A stretch of DNA of 64,000 bases from Eledone cirrhosa (lineage: Eukaryota): NCBI GenBank assembly GCA_964016885.1, contig OZ024740.1, positions 412,424,001 through 412,488,000 on the forward strand, given 5' to 3'. This document shows, piece after piece, positions 12,548 through 26,958 of this stretch; position 1 is the first letter of the stretch; every line of letters starts with the position of its first letter. A model generated the notes under the pieces. The model searched no databases, had not been told where the DNA came from, and saw nothing but the letters and a program-made list of their open reading frames with translations. Both the position numbers and the translations under genes were made by a program.

Positions 12548-14586
12548 ATATAATGATAAATAGATAAATAAATCACGAACGTGTGCGTGCAGAAGTTCAT
12601 AACTGCACGTATACAAACGACTGAAACAAACAAGCTGGAAAGAAGATCGCCACTTCCCTTAAACTGAAAGACCGGACAGAACCTCTGAGGGTAAAGTCCC
12701 CACACTTCACCCTGAAAGACCACAAGAACAACTTCGACAATAAACCGTCGGTCCGGCTGATTAACCCGACCAAGTCTGACATAGGATTCGTCAGTAAGAA
12801 GAGACTGGACAGGATTCTACCTAGACTACGTGCTGCCTCACCCCTCCCACTCTGGAATAGGACATCAGAGGCAATCACATGGTTCCGGGACTTGCCCGAC
12901 GAAAGGAACACCCGCTTACTGCAGCTAGACATCGAGGATTACTACGCCTCCATATCAGAGAGCCTGCTGATTGACGCGATTAACTTCGCCAGGAACTTAA
13001 CTACAATTACCGAAGCAGAGCAGGATGTGATCCTCCATGCACGTAAGACTTTTCTTTACTATGACAGATCCCACTGGATCAACAAAAAATCTGAGACCCC
13101 CTTCGACGTTAGCATGAGTGCTAGCGACTCAGCTGAAATTAGTGATCTTGTGGGTCTGTTCATCCTCCACAGGTTGAAGACCCTCTTCACAGGCCTATCC
13201 AGCGGTCTCTACCGAGATGACGGCCTCTTTGCCCTCCACAAAATCAATCCCAGGACCACGGATGGGTTCAGGAAAAACCTTTACACCTTCTTTAAAAACG
13301 TAGGCCTTAGGATTACCTTAGATTCGAACTTAACTAAAGCTAACTTCCTAGACGTTACCCTCGACTTACAAACTTCCCTTTACTACCCGTACCACAAACC
13401 TAATGAATCCCTTAGATATATAGACGTTAATTCTAACCACCCCAAAAATATATTAGACAACCTAGTAAAAAGTGTCTCCATTAGGATATCTAGCCTCGCC
13501 GCCAATGAACATATCTTTAGAGCAGCAGCCCCCTATTACAACGAGGCCCTGGCCCGCAGCGGCTTTAGAGATAAGATCACCTACCTTAGTATAGCCCCAC
13601 GCCCACCCAGGAAGAATAGGCGAAGGCACATTAGCTGGTACAACCCCCCCTTCAACCGCGAAGTTTCAACACCTGTAGCTAAAATTTTCTTCACTCTCTT
13701 ACAAAAACACTTCCCCACCCAACATAGGTACTATACTATCCTTAATAAGAATACCATTAGACTCTCTTACTCTACCACACCTAATCTAGCTAGGAACTTA
13801 GCCAACAATAACTTAAAGAACCTAAATAAGTCTACTTTTTTCCGAAGCCCATCCAGCAACCGATAGCAACTGCAATTTCCCTGATAAGACTACCTGCCCT
13901 CTCAACAACAACTGTCTAAAAAAAGATCTCATCTATATATGCGATGTACTCTCAGGCCCCGATGAAAAAAGAAACTCGTACATCGGGATGACTTCCAACA
14001 GTTTTAAGACTCGCTGGTACGCCCACACACATACGTTCCGGCGCCCAGACAAATCTAACCAAACTACACTCGCCGCCCACATCTGGCACCTTAAAAGGAA
14101 CTCCATCCCCTTCAAGACTCAATGGAGACTACTCCAGAGAGCGCGATCCTACACGGGAGGCCATAATTGCTGTGACCTCTGTATCTCCGAGAGCTATGAG
14201 ATTCTATTCGCCAAAGGCCCTCTCCTCAACAAGATCTCGGAACACTCCCCTAGTTGCATGCACAAGAACTATGCAAATTACAAAAACAACAGACCCACCC
14301 GGCTCCCCGACTGACCCCCCCCCCCCCCATATCACCACCACACCCCGTCCTCCACCCCAATTCCGTCCCTCCATCTCTCATTATTACCCTCTTTCCTCCC
14401 CTCTATCTCTCATTATTATCTTCTTTCCTCCCTTCCAGGTCTTATATATTGTGTTGTATGCTTCTGAGTAAAGTTCCGTGGCCGCACACACAAATTCACG
14501 TATATACCTGCTCATGTTTGTATACATGCAGTTATGAACTGCTGCACGCACACGTTCGTCATTTATATATCTATTTATCTGTATAT

Positions 14587-14634
<48 letters not shown>

Positions 14635-14972
14635 TTTATTTAGTTACTTTATTTACTTATTTATTTATTTATCTATCTATTTATTTATTTATTTATTTAT
14701 TTACTTATTTACTGATTTATTTGTTTATCTGTTTGTTTGTTTGTTTGTTTGTTAGTTAACTCATTAATTTATTTATTGATTTATTAATTTATGAGTGAAT
14801 GATTAGGTAATGAAGAGAAAATAGATAAAAGATAGGTAACGAATAGTGAATGGTAAATAGTAAATAATAAATAGTAATTAATTACATGATGATAATATCA
14901 ATAACTTAGTAGTGATATTAATTATTTTAATCCTCTATCAGGCCCAGTTTAAAATTTAAAATTTAAAATTTA
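12170..14972 (+). mobile_element. 5'-truncated Naiad-type PLE with an inverted copy of its 3' region upstream
   Basis: 12170-12615 is the reverse complement of ~14520-14972. The RT/EN coding region lies between the two. Confidence 0.85.
12622..14314 (+). pseudogene. PLE reverse transcriptase + GIY-YIG endonuclease, one frameshift near 13840
   Basis: The frame is open upstream of the listed start (TLKDHKNNF...RLINPTKSDIG). RT motifs LDIEDYY, GLYRDDGL, NFLDVTLDL, WYNPPF. After the shift: CPLNNNCL...LIYIC...SYIGMTSNSFKTRW...CDLCISE...CMH. Confidence 0.9.
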
Positions 14973-15889
14973 AAATTGTGTGTAGGTACGTGTGTAGGAA
15001 ATTTCCTACACACGTACCTACACACACACACACATATATATATATACATATATATATATATACACATACATACACACCAAAAAGAAAAAAAGGACAACTT
15101 AACATGCATACGCACATCCACACATATACATACAAATACCCACGCATAGGCCGATATACATACATCTACACATGCGTACGCATACATGCTGCTGCATGTA
15201 TACACCTGCACGCATGTACATCTGCCTACACACACAGAAGTGCCACCGCATATACATGTACATATATAAACACACCTGTAAGTGAACAGTTGAAAATACA
15301 TTATGCAATAAAAAACAGTATCTCCTTATAATATATAACCAGCAATTTCTCTGTCTGTCTGTCCGACGCGTAGAGAGAGAGTGAGAGTGAAAGAAAGAGA
15401 CAGACTACAAGAGGTGGGTAGCGGGAGGGAGAGAGAGAGACGCTGGAAGGAGGGAAGGAAAGCTATGTCTTGCTGTCTGCATTACGATACATATATATAT
15501 ACACACACACACTGAGCGCGTCATTATGACGTAATGCAGACAGATAGACATACAGACAGATATTATAAGGGCGCAACGTTGCGTATGTGTTCGTATGTGT
15601 GTGCGGACATGTGTGAGTTTACGTTTGTGTATATATATGTGTGTGTATGTATGTGTTTGTATATATATATATATATATGTATATATATACATATAGTTAT
15701 CTAATGAACAACACAAGAGAATTATTTCGTTTACCAGTGGTTTCTTGAAAGCAAACGATATTTGCTTTCATTCATCAGAATGAACAAATCCTAAGTGTGT
15801 ATATATATGTGTGTATACGCAGGTGTGTATATATGTATGTATGTGAATGCATGTGCATATGTATATATGCGTATGTATGAGCGTGTGTA

Positions 15890-16237
<348 letters not shown>

Positions 16238-17014
16238 ACTTCCACTCGTGTAGGACACCTCGGTTATTTATCATTTTGTAAAAAAAACCTCACTTTCTAA
16301 TATATATATATTTATATATATATTTAAATGTATAGAAGGTTGGCCGTATATGTGTGTGTGCGCGCATGTGTGTGTGTATATATGTGTACGTTTGAATAGG
16401 ACATGTTTACCCAATTGATACAGAACAGTCAGAAGGCTCGTGGCGGCATGTATCAACAAGTGTGTGTGACTGGGTCTATGGGAGTGAAGGAGAGAGGGTG
16501 TGTGAGTATATATACTGCGATGTATGTATGTGGCTGTGTGGGTGTCTGCGCATGTAGATGTATGAGTGTGAATGCATAGATAGGTACGTGTCTGAATATG
16601 TGTGTGTTATGTGTTTATTCTAGTATGTGTGAGTGCTTACCCTGAAGTGTGAGCAGACGTGTGAAGTGCTGAACCCAGCATGACTCCATTGAAATGTGTC
16701 GGACAGAAAATGGTTGATGAACCGTGTGGCTGCAGATACTGACCAGAACTTGTGATGACGTGGAGTAAAAACAGCCAATGGCATGACAAGAGTGGATAGA
16801 GGGTTTTTTGAGGGTGTTGTTTTGATGACAACACCCCAGTGATGAAAATTTGCTCCGGATATAACACCTGTGTCTGAAAGAACCTGCAGATGTAGAAACA
16901 GCTAGATCCATACAAAGACCATGACTCGAGCTACATGCCGGCGAAACATTTGTAACACGAAATAAACTAAGTCCAGAAGCATCACTGATTTTTCGTTTTC
17001 TTGATAATATATAT

Positions 17015-18418
17015 GGCGGTCATTCGAGGTGAGAGAGAGCTACTTTACGGACATGATTTTTGACAGCGGTAAGAAATTTGTTTTCTTATATCAATGTTTA
17101 ATGGGCTTCCACTGACGATTTATAATTGCCCACCTAAATATATTCTTACATGAATATATATTAGGCTTCTACATAAACTGGAAACATTCTCCCAAACTTG
17201 TAGAAAACTTATAATGAAACAATTGTTTGGAAAGAGAGATATACTTCAACTTTAATTATATCTCATAAAATAATACAACTGGTTTTTCCACATTATACAT
17301 TTTGTTAGCACCCCAAACACTTAATTGGGTTTATATTTTAATATAACCTAATGTTTGTTGAGTGAGCTGGTTACCAGTCAGAGTTTAGCTTTAAACTATC
17401 ACTGTTATTGTATTAAATATTTACTCTTGATTGGCCAGAGGTGTTTATTTCCAGGTACCTTATGAATTTGACTTTCCGTATTTATTACTGTTGTGAAATA
17501 TTGTGGCTTTTTTTGGTTGTAACTTCTCTGTTTTTTAGCCTAGGAAAATATATATATATGCCTACGTATATAATTACATGCATATGTGTATTTATTTTAT
17601 TTTATTAATTGAGTTCTTTACACGAGGAACTAATATTGGTTTTGTAATAACTAATTAACCCGCGTGTGTTTTATATTTTACTCTTAATATTTCGGCCGGA
17701 GAATTAAATTGCCATTTTCCCTTTATACCATAACTTTCTGCATTTACTGCGGTTATGTGAAGCGGTTCTTATTCGGGTACAACTTCTGATTTAGCCTAAG
17801 AAAATTTCTATATGCGTGTGTAATTTATACAAGCATATATTTATTTTTTTATTTTCAATTGAGTTCTTAAACACGTCGGATTGATAATGTTTTCAAAAAA
17901 ACTAATTAACCCGCGTGTATATTATTTTTTTCCTCATTTCGTGGGTTGTCTCCCCTTCCCGCTTCGTGTCGCTATGATACTTCCTCAGTCAAAAACTGCT
18001 GGAATTTCAAATTTGGCGGTCATTCGAGGTGAGAGATAGCTACTTTACGGACATGATTTTTGACAGCGGTAAGAAATTTGTTTTCTTATATCAATGTTTA
18101 ATGGGCTTCCACTGACGATTTATAAGTGCCCACCTAAATATATTCTTACATGAATATATATTAGGCTTCTACATAAACTGGAAACATTCTCCCAAACTTG
18201 TAGAAAACTTATAATGAAACAATTGTTTGGAAAGAGAGATATACTTTAACTTTAATTATATCTCATAAAATAATACAACTGGTTTTCCACATTATACATT
18301 TTGTTAGCACCCCAAACACTTAATTGGGTTTATATTTTAATATAACCTAATGTTTGTTGAGTGAGCTGGTTACCAGTCAGAGTTTAGCTTTAAACTATCT
18401 CTGTTATTGTATTAAATA
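17015..18418. repeat. Partial tandem duplication, 1000-bp period (~400 bp repeated)
   Basis: ggcggtcattcgaggtgagag...actgttattgtattaaatat occurs at 17015-17420 and 18015-18418. A further internal diverged duplication lies at ~17520-17690 / 17780-17930. Confidence 0.85.
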
Positions 18419-18645
18419 TATATATATATATATGAGAAAAATGTGAAAGAAACCACAGAACTTCCATCTCAACTCTACCTTTGAAAAGCAGAAGAACAAC
18501 GAAACCGGTAAAGGAAACAAATAAATATATATATATTTTTTTTAAATAAGACTCCAATTGCATTTTCGATTTCATCTTTTTTTCTTTATACTTTCACTCG
18601 TGTAGGACACCTCGGTTATTTTTCATTTTGTAAAAAAACCCTCAC

Positions 18646-18704
<59 letters not shown>

Positions 18705-18724
18705 TAATAATTATTATCTATACT

Positions 18725-18916
18725 CAAATATTATTAAGGGAAGTGTATGGTAGCTTGTACAAAGCAAAAATATCTGGCAAGGATTAATTACAAGTAACTC
18801 TAATACAAGGTGGTTCGTAGTTGATTTGGATGATATTCGCATATGTGGACTTAGATAGCTGTGACATAATCATCAATAAAATTTATTCTTAACGGTGCAT
18901 AATTTTGTTTATATCA

Positions 18917-18952
<36 letters not shown>

Positions 18953-19236
18953 TATATATGATTGTGGTATATATGAGATCATAAATGATGTGTTGTTATA
19001 TTGATATAAGCAAATTTATGCACCGTTAAGAATAATTTAATTGATGATCATGTCACAGCTATCTAAGTCCACATATGCGAATGTCATCCAAATCAACTAT
19101 GAACCTCCTTGTATTAGAATTACTTGTAATTAATCCTTGCTTGATGTGTTTGCTTTATATGTTAATGTGCACCATTAAATGACGGTTTCTACGCAAAACT
19201 TATACAAGCTCTAGCATACACTTCCCTTAATAATAT
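18725..19236. repeat. Diverged inverted repeat around a (TA)n tract
   Basis: 18725-18920 mirrors ~18995-19236 (e.g. cgcatatgtggacttagatagctgtgacat / atgtcacagctatctaagtccacatatgcg). Confidence 0.85.
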
Positions 19237-19804
19237 TTGAGTATAGATAATGGTTTCAACATCCTGAATCATTCGTCTCTGGCAGTCGTATACTTCGAAC
19301 GTTCTTCTATTCCATCAGGTGTCATGTTGAATTTCTCAAATTTCATATCATGTATAGATAAGTATATCCATCGGAATTTATTGCATTTATATACTTCGTT
19401 ATCAATTATACAGACACAATCTCTGATATATCTCTCTGTCCCTTACCTTCTATAATATAGATTATATAATAAATTCCCACTTCTGTATACGTAACTTAAT
19501 CTCATACATTTTTCAGACACGTTGAATAATGCAAAATGACGGAAATTATTTTTGTTTTTCTTTTTTCCTTTTATAATCCCAACAAGGAAAGATACTTTAA
19601 ACAAAATATATTTCTAGACACCCCGCCAATGATAGTCTTTTAACGACTAGGATGCCATTGATGATATGTCTGCTCAAACCATTTTCCCTGTGACAACACA
19701 ATAAAATAAACAACACTATCTTAGTAAGTTTAAATCTGCTAACATATGAGCGTCCTATTTATATGATGTAGTTTTCCCTCGGTTGCAACATCTTCGCGTT
19801 TGGA

Positions 19805-20025
19805 GTTCATCGCACCACAATTAATAGGAAGAAATCTAAATGCGAATGAAGAAACTGTATCTTCAATGACATATTACAGCCCAGTTGCTGGGACGAAAAC
19901 TGTCAGATTTAGCACAAATTCCGCTCTGAGATTTCCTAGAATAGTGTTCCAGGCAACCTTCTCTTTTTCAGAAAGAATCGGTCAAATTCATCGTCCTTTA
20001 AGATTCATCCTTACGAGGTCCATAA
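19805..20025 (-). pseudogene. DNA transposase relic, Chapaev3-like C-terminal region
   Basis: Manual minus-strand translation gives LKDDEFD..SEKEKVAW...LGN and LGCNMSLKIQFLHSHLDFF across frameshifts. Family name is from recollection of the motif. Confidence 0.65.
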
Positions 20026-20740
20026 CATAAAGTACCAGTAATACGCTGGATAATTGCTGGCCTTGTGCCAAAAAACAATTATTATTAGTAAGAAAGCAAT
20101 TGGCCATATTGCATTATTTTTTGGGGTCCTACACTACGGATAATACCATGAATTTCAAATCAGCTGATTCATTTTTCTTATTTTCCTCAAATACAGTAGA
20201 ACTGCCATTGAACTAAATCTCGAAAATAAGACATACATTTCGAAATGGCTATCATTTCCTTTAATTCAGCGCCTACAAATTGATGAAGTTCAATTGGTTT
20301 GTTTGCTGAAACAATTTCATTGTAGAACAGTGTTATTTACTGGCACTTATTTCCTTTGCCCTTGGATGAGAATAGCCAAGTATTTAAAAAATGGCGTGTT
20401 AAGGACACGTTATATAAAAATACGTGAGAAATACCGCAATGCATTGATTGGAAGAATCTATAAGCCACGTGAAGTTGACTATAAAATCAAGTTTGTTGTG
20501 GTGTATTTTATATCCTGGAAGCTTTCCAAGAATTGATGTGATGATCATTGAAAACAGATGGGGTGCTTTCTGACTTAGGCATGTAAATCAACTCAACAGA
20601 CATATTAAACTGGCATTTTGCAGCAGGTGATTCCCTATTAAACCGCAACACAGACACACGCACACACGATTACGCATATATATCATGCACATACACACAT
20701 ACACTTTCTCATATGTATGGTTGTTTAATACCACACAGAC

Positions 20741-20788
<48 letters not shown>

Positions 20789-20871
20789 GTGTGTGGGTGG
20801 GTTTGAATGCATGTGTGGCGCCTTATATATACATATATATATATACATATATATGTATATGTGTGTGCATG

Positions 20872-20918
<47 letters not shown>

Positions 20919-21581
20919 ATGTACATATATATATATAAGAGAGTATTGAAGTTTGCTTGAAGCATTGTGGAACAATAAGTAAATATCTTTAAGTCGTTTA
21001 GAAGCCTCGACAATGCAAATGGGTAAATCTCCGGGTAACAAGGTCCGGTGCTGGAGAGAGAGATGTAAGTGGGTGTACGTTGAGATGCGTGGTGTGTATA
21101 AGATGTGTGAGATGTGTAGAATGAAGGGAAGAGTATAAAGGATACAAATAAAAATAACAACACAAGAGAGAGTTACCTTCGGAGAGATTTAATAGTCCCT
21201 ATATATTTCGGATTCACATCCATCAACTGGGGTTTTTTTCCGGGGTGGGGGAAAAGGTTGTCTGTCGGACAAGTCCGGAACGCGTCTTTCGCTGTTTGTT
21301 GTTTTGAATATATATGTATATATATTTACATGTGTGTATGAGTGTATTTGTGTGAAGGTGAATGTAATACTTCGGAATATTAAGTTTATAAAAAATTCAA
21401 TAAATATTACAGAATATACAGAGATGATATATTTGAGAATGTTTATGTATATTTAAAATATATTCTCTCAAAACATAGAAATATTTCCATCTTGCTTCGA
21501 TGATGGACATTCAGTTCTTCTATCAACAGATTTAACTACGTTTTATCATATAATTTGACTGTTAATATATATATTATGTAT

Positions 21582-21693
<112 letters not shown>

Positions 21694-21742
21694 GTATATA
21701 TATACAAGTATATATATATATGTATATGTATATATGTATATG

Positions 21743-21797
<55 letters not shown>

Positions 21798-21804
21798 GTA
21801 AATA

Positions 21805-21871
<67 letters not shown>

Positions 21872-21873
<2 letters not shown>

Positions 21874-22090
21874 AGGTAGAAGGAGCAACGTGAAATAAAG
21901 TGTCTTGCTCAAGGACATAACGCATCGCCTCGATTCCTGAACCAGGCGATGCGTTATGTCCTTGAGCAAGACACTTTATTTCACGTTGCTCCTTCTACCT
22001 GGAGTTGCGACCGATAGATAGTATTAGCAATTGGAAAGACCAACGGAAACATAGTTTCCTCGGTCCGATTTGACGAAAGTCGATCGACTA

Positions 22091-22092
<2 letters not shown>
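21872..22092 (+). mobile_element. 5'-truncated SINE with an inverted 5' duplication (family of 26589-26805)
   Basis: 21872-21931 is the reverse complement of 21943-22002. The body matches 26645-26800. Confidence 0.8.
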
Positions 22093-22148
<56 letters not shown>

Positions 22149-22343
22149 TTCAGAAGATCCCGTTAAGGGCGAAATCACCGATTCTTTGCTTAAACTTTAA
22201 CCTGTTATTTTAATAAATATTTGCTCTACGGTTCTTATATATTTGATATATATTTATCCTTATCGAGACCTCTTTGGATTTTAGTCTTCAAATGTATTAT
22301 TATTACTATATATATATATATATATATTTATATATAAATATAT

Positions 22344-22458
<115 letters not shown>

Positions 22459-22504
22459 GAGAGAGAGATAGATAGATAGAGAGATAGATAGATAGATAGA
22501 GAGA

Positions 22505-22642
22505 TAACTTTCTTTTTATTTGCCACCAGGGAATCAAAAGTGGGACAAGTACAAAGGGGGGAGTTAACATGCAAAGGCGTCCTCAATATGGAGGAGGCAA
22601 TAACGAGATATAAAAGTATAAAAATAAAATAAAATATAACAA
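22505..22642 (-). mobile_element. Short 3'-end fragment of a related Tx1-like LINE
   Basis: Similar to 22660-22720 (gggacaa.tacaaaggggg.agtt.acat). Flanked by (GATA)n. Confidence 0.6.
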
Positions 22643-22659
22643 GATAGATAGATAGATAG

Positions 22660-25018
22660 ATTTCTTTATTTACCATAAAGGCATAAAAAGAAGGGACAAA
22701 TACAAAGGGGGAGTTTACATATAATCGAGTAAAAAGGGTGTAACATGAAAATAATCGAAAAAACCTCACAAGGGAGGGGACGTGATGGGGGTTGCACCCC
22801 CCCCCCCCGAAAAAGTGTGCAGTCCTTTGCCCGGGGAGCACATCGAGAAGGTGCTCCCCTCTCCTTTACTTCTTTACCTACAGGATGGTATACAGAGAAG
22901 GCCCATTTACACGAGCCATTCTCGCCACTATCACCCACCTTTCATAAAACTGCCTGTGGCCAAGCACCTCTCTCTCCATTCTTATCCTTCTTCCGAAGTG
23001 ATATCGGAAGAAGTAGACCAGACTATGGCCAGAGAGGAAGTTGCCTGACCTCAGACCTTTCAATCGTGTCCACCAAACAACCTCTTTCAACATGGCTATT
23101 ACGCACAGAAAAACCGCCTTTGCTTCCTTTGTGAAGAGGGGAAGCGGTTTGATTGTCATCACGGACTCGGCGGTCAATTTAATCGGCGCCACCCGCGACA
23201 GCAGTCGTTCGGCGTAGCCCCACAGATCAGCCACGCCCGGACATTGCACCAATGCGTGCGCAACGGTTTCTTCGTGACGCACGCATCTAGGGCAAATCTT
23301 TTTTGAGGGATCCCTGCCCGGGCGCCCGTGTCTGTAGAGCCTCTCTCGAACGGGTAGAGTCCCCCGGTAGCACTGCCAGGCCAGTGACTTCTGGAAGTTG
23401 TCCATTGGTCCTGGGCCGAAAGTCCTACCGAACAGGCTGGCCAGTTCGTCTTCATCCATGTCCAGCGACTCTCCAAGGGTGTCATCGCCCCTGCTAGCCA
23501 CCAGCCCTCTATAGAATGATGAGGTGGATTCTCCACCGATGGCCTGGCCCGCTTGCCAGAGAGCCCTGAGCTCCTGAGCACACCCAGTGTGCCAGTCTCC
23601 CAGTTTTCCCCGGATCTTTGCTTGACCCAGGACTGTAGCTCGGTGAACGAGACGAGTCGCGGAAAGGCTCGTTTCACGAACGGAGCCCACACTGGTTGAC
23701 CAGTGAGGAATACCTGTAGGTGCCGTAGCCTTAATGCGTGCCTACGCATCATCAACCACGGCATCCCCAGCCCTCCTTTCGAAGGTTGTTGGCAGCAGAT
23801 GGATCTTCTCACCATAGGAGGGCGCTTCTTCCAAAGAAATTGGAAGAGCATGCGTTCTATGGTGGTGAGTGTTTCCTTAGGGCAAGGCACGACAGTCAGG
23901 CGGTAGTAAGTGACGGACGCTATGTAAATGTTCGCCACCTCCGCCCGGCCTTTTAGGGACAGCTTACACTTGGCCCATTTCTGGGTTAGTGCAAACACCT
24001 TGTTCGTAACCTCGTTCCAGTTCTTTTCCACCTGGAGGTCCGGTCCAAACCAGATCCCAAGCAACTTTACCGGGCCCTCCGTCCAGTGTCCGACGACACC
24101 GTCAGGAGCCATCGGTCTGCCTCTCCACGTTCCGAGTTGCAGCCCGATGGATTTTTCCCGGTTCAGTTTCGCTCCTGACAACCTTTCGTACTCCTCCAGT
24201 AAGGTACCGATCGCCTCGATCTCCGAGTCGGTCGATACCATTACTGTACGTCATCGGCGTAGGCCGACACCGCTTTGCTCTATCCTGGTTCCAGGGGAAT
24301 ACACTGCAACAACTCCAACTTCCTCAGTAAAGGCTCGAGAGTCAATACGTACAGAAGGGAGGAGAGAGGGCACCCCTGTCGAATGGATCGTGTGATTTCG
24401 AACGGCTTCGAAAGGTAGCCGTTCACCTTCATTCTAGAACAGATGTGGTTGCTATGTAAGGCAGTTATCCAGCCTCTGAAAACAGGACCGAACCCAGCCG
24501 CCGCTAGCACCGCATCCAGGTAACCATGGTCGACCCTATCGAAGGCCTTAGACTGATCCAAGTTGATCAGGGCCCCACCGAAGCCGGGTTTATTGCCAAC
24601 CCTCTCTATGATGTATCACATGAGGTGGAGGTTATCGTAAATGGACCTGGAAGGGATAGCACATGTCTGCGCATCTCCCACCAGGCCACCCACGACAAGC
24701 GCCAACCTCTTTGCTAACACCTTGGCCAAAATCTTTAACTCTGTGTTTAGCAGGGTTATGGGCCGAAAATTATTTATACTATCCCCCTTGTTCTCGTCCT
24801 TCCTCACCAGCGTGACTACGCCCTTGGCTACAGAACAAGGAATTCTCCCGTTCTGCTGCCAATTGCAGTAGACCGCTTCGAGGAGTTCGGAGAAGAAGAC
24901 CGGCATTGCTAAATAAAGTTCGTAAGGTATACCATCGAGACCTGGAGATTTGCGTCTGCTGCATTGGCTCAGCGCATCTCCGATCTCATCAGCCGAGATT
25001 GTTCCCTCGCAGGATACA
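22660..25018 (-). mobile_element. 5'-truncated L1-clade (Tx1-like) LINE, ORF2 RT + C-terminal zinc finger, frameshifted
   Basis: Motifs SPGLDGIPYELY, NFRPITLLNTELKILAK, DQSKAFDRVDH, RQGCPLSSLLY, AYADDV (~24248-24265), GGLG and CPRC..HEETVAHALVQC. AATAAA followed by (TCTA)n at the 3' end. Confidence 0.9.
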
Positions 25019-25278
25019 AGATAGATAGATAGATAGATAGATAGATAAATATACACGGGTGTGTATGATTGTGTATAGAAGATTATATAAATAAAAGGAA
25101 CTCCAACTTTGTCTGATTTACTCGTTTTATTTACAATCCTTTAAAATGTATAATGGTATTAGAATGAAATAGTATGGTAGAATATTAAATGTTAAGTGTT
25201 AATTGAACAAGTACTTTCATGCTTTCGCAATGTTCAGGGTTCATAATGTGTGGTGGCAGTCAAGTTTGCCATTTTCAA

Positions 25279-25358
<80 letters not shown>

Positions 25359-25507
25359 TCCCAAATCATTAGAATGTGTCCGTCGAATCTGCCGGTCAGA
25401 ATCAGACAGATCTACACTATGATCGCGTCTCGAGCTGGCCGCCGGCGAAACAATTGTAACACACAATAAATTGAGTTTAGATGCATCACTGATTTATCGT
25501 TTTCTAT

Positions 25508-25571
<64 letters not shown>

Positions 25572-25647
25572 GGTAAACATTGATGCAATTCAATTCAAGC
25601 ACTCAATGTACTTTTTCCACATAGGAGCGACGGAGTAAATATCGAAA

Positions 25648-25924
25648 AAGGAAAAGCGAAGTAGTTTCAGATGTTCAAGTCCTTTAATAATAATGCTGTG
25701 ATATATATTTCAATGACGACACTGGCCACACTGTTCTGTGTGCGAGTGTCGTGTCATCATCAGACAGCTTGTTACATAATTATGTTACATTATTATGTAA
25801 CAAGCTGTCTGATGATGACACGACACTTGCACACAGAACAGTGTGGCCAGTGTCGTCATTGAAATATATATCACAGCATTATTATTAAAGGACTTGAACA
25901 TCTGAAACTACTTCGCTTTTCCTT
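25648..25924. repeat. Near-perfect palindrome with two HHRs
   Basis: Arms mirror about ~25785. Confidence 0.9.
25804..25877 (+). ncRNA. Type I HHR (mirror at 25695-25768, minus)
   Basis: gctgt-CTGATGA-tgacacgacact...agtgtcgtcatt-GAAA-tatata-TC-acagc. Confidence 0.8.
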
Positions 25925-25926
25925 AT

Positions 25927-25982
<56 letters not shown>

Positions 25983-26495
25983 AGATCTGTAGATAAAGGT
26001 CTAGGAAAACAATGCTCACTAAACTGGAAGAGCCCTTATGTAATATAAGTAAAACGTCGTAACCTTAGCATGTTTATGTGACCATTGATTTCGGTATCAA
26101 ATTAAGGTGACGTCTGTACAGTAGAAGAGGCTCTTAGAAACTGGCCCTTTATCGGTAACTGGGACACAAATAAATATAAGTAAATTCCTTTCGCCGATTA
26201 TATTTGATTTTTTAAAAAGAAGAGAGTTTTAAATCAGAAACAACGAAGTCTTTTTGAAATGTCAGTCGTACTTTATTTATGTATGGTATGACTTGCGTCC
26301 TAATTATCTATAACCGTTAACTCTTTTCAACGAGTTCAATACTAATTTATATTGTAGAATGCTTAATTTTGGAGAATGAGGTGAGACAAACTTTGAGGTT
26401 GTATAAACACAATACACACACACACACACACCAACACACACACACACACACACGCACACACACACACACACACGCACGCACACACACACACACAC

Positions 26496-26533
<38 letters not shown>

Positions 26534-26548
26534 ACACACGCACAAGCA

Positions 26549-26588
<40 letters not shown>

Positions 26589-26590
<2 letters not shown>

Positions 26591-26805
26591 GGTGTGTGGC
26601 TGAGTGGTTAGAGAATTGGATTCGCAATCGTAAGGTTGTGAGTTCGATTCCTGGACCATGCGATGCGTTATGTCCTTGAGCAAGACACTTTATTTCACGT
26701 TGCTCCTTCTACCTGGAGTTGCGACCGATAGATAGTATTAGCAATTGGAAAGACCAACGGAAACATTGTTCCCTCGGTCCGATTTGACGAAAGTCGATCG
26801 TTAAA
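26589..26805 (+). mobile_element. tRNA-derived SINE with intact Pol III A/B boxes
   Basis: A box TGGCTGAGTGG, B box GTTCGATTC, then gtccttgagcaagacactt (CORE/Meta-like). Degenerate relatives at ~33430-33530 and ~61480-61625. Confidence 0.8.
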
Positions 26806-26891
26806 TATATATATATTTATATATATATATATATATTGGTTAACGGAATAGAAAATGCTGACAAATTGTTCATATATATATATATAAATTG

Positions 26892-26958
<67 letters not shown>

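Noticed and set aside
16868-16960. HHR-like motif gtgt-CTGAAAGA...GAAA-cattt-GTA-acac; relative at 25376-25462
   Set aside because: The core has an insertion here and is destroyed in the relative. Probably a decayed HHR, so not called.
21207-21245. Minus-strand hairpin + GAAA-tata-TA-ggg; also 42303-42340
   Set aside because: The CUGANGA box is not recoverable.
22060-22092. gac-GAAA-gtcgatcgac-TA at the SINE 3' end as half an HHR
   Set aside because: No upstream core or stem I, and the second copy (~26790) lacks it.
26589-26665. tRNA gene
   Set aside because: It has A/B boxes but no proper acceptor stem, and it continues into a SINE body.
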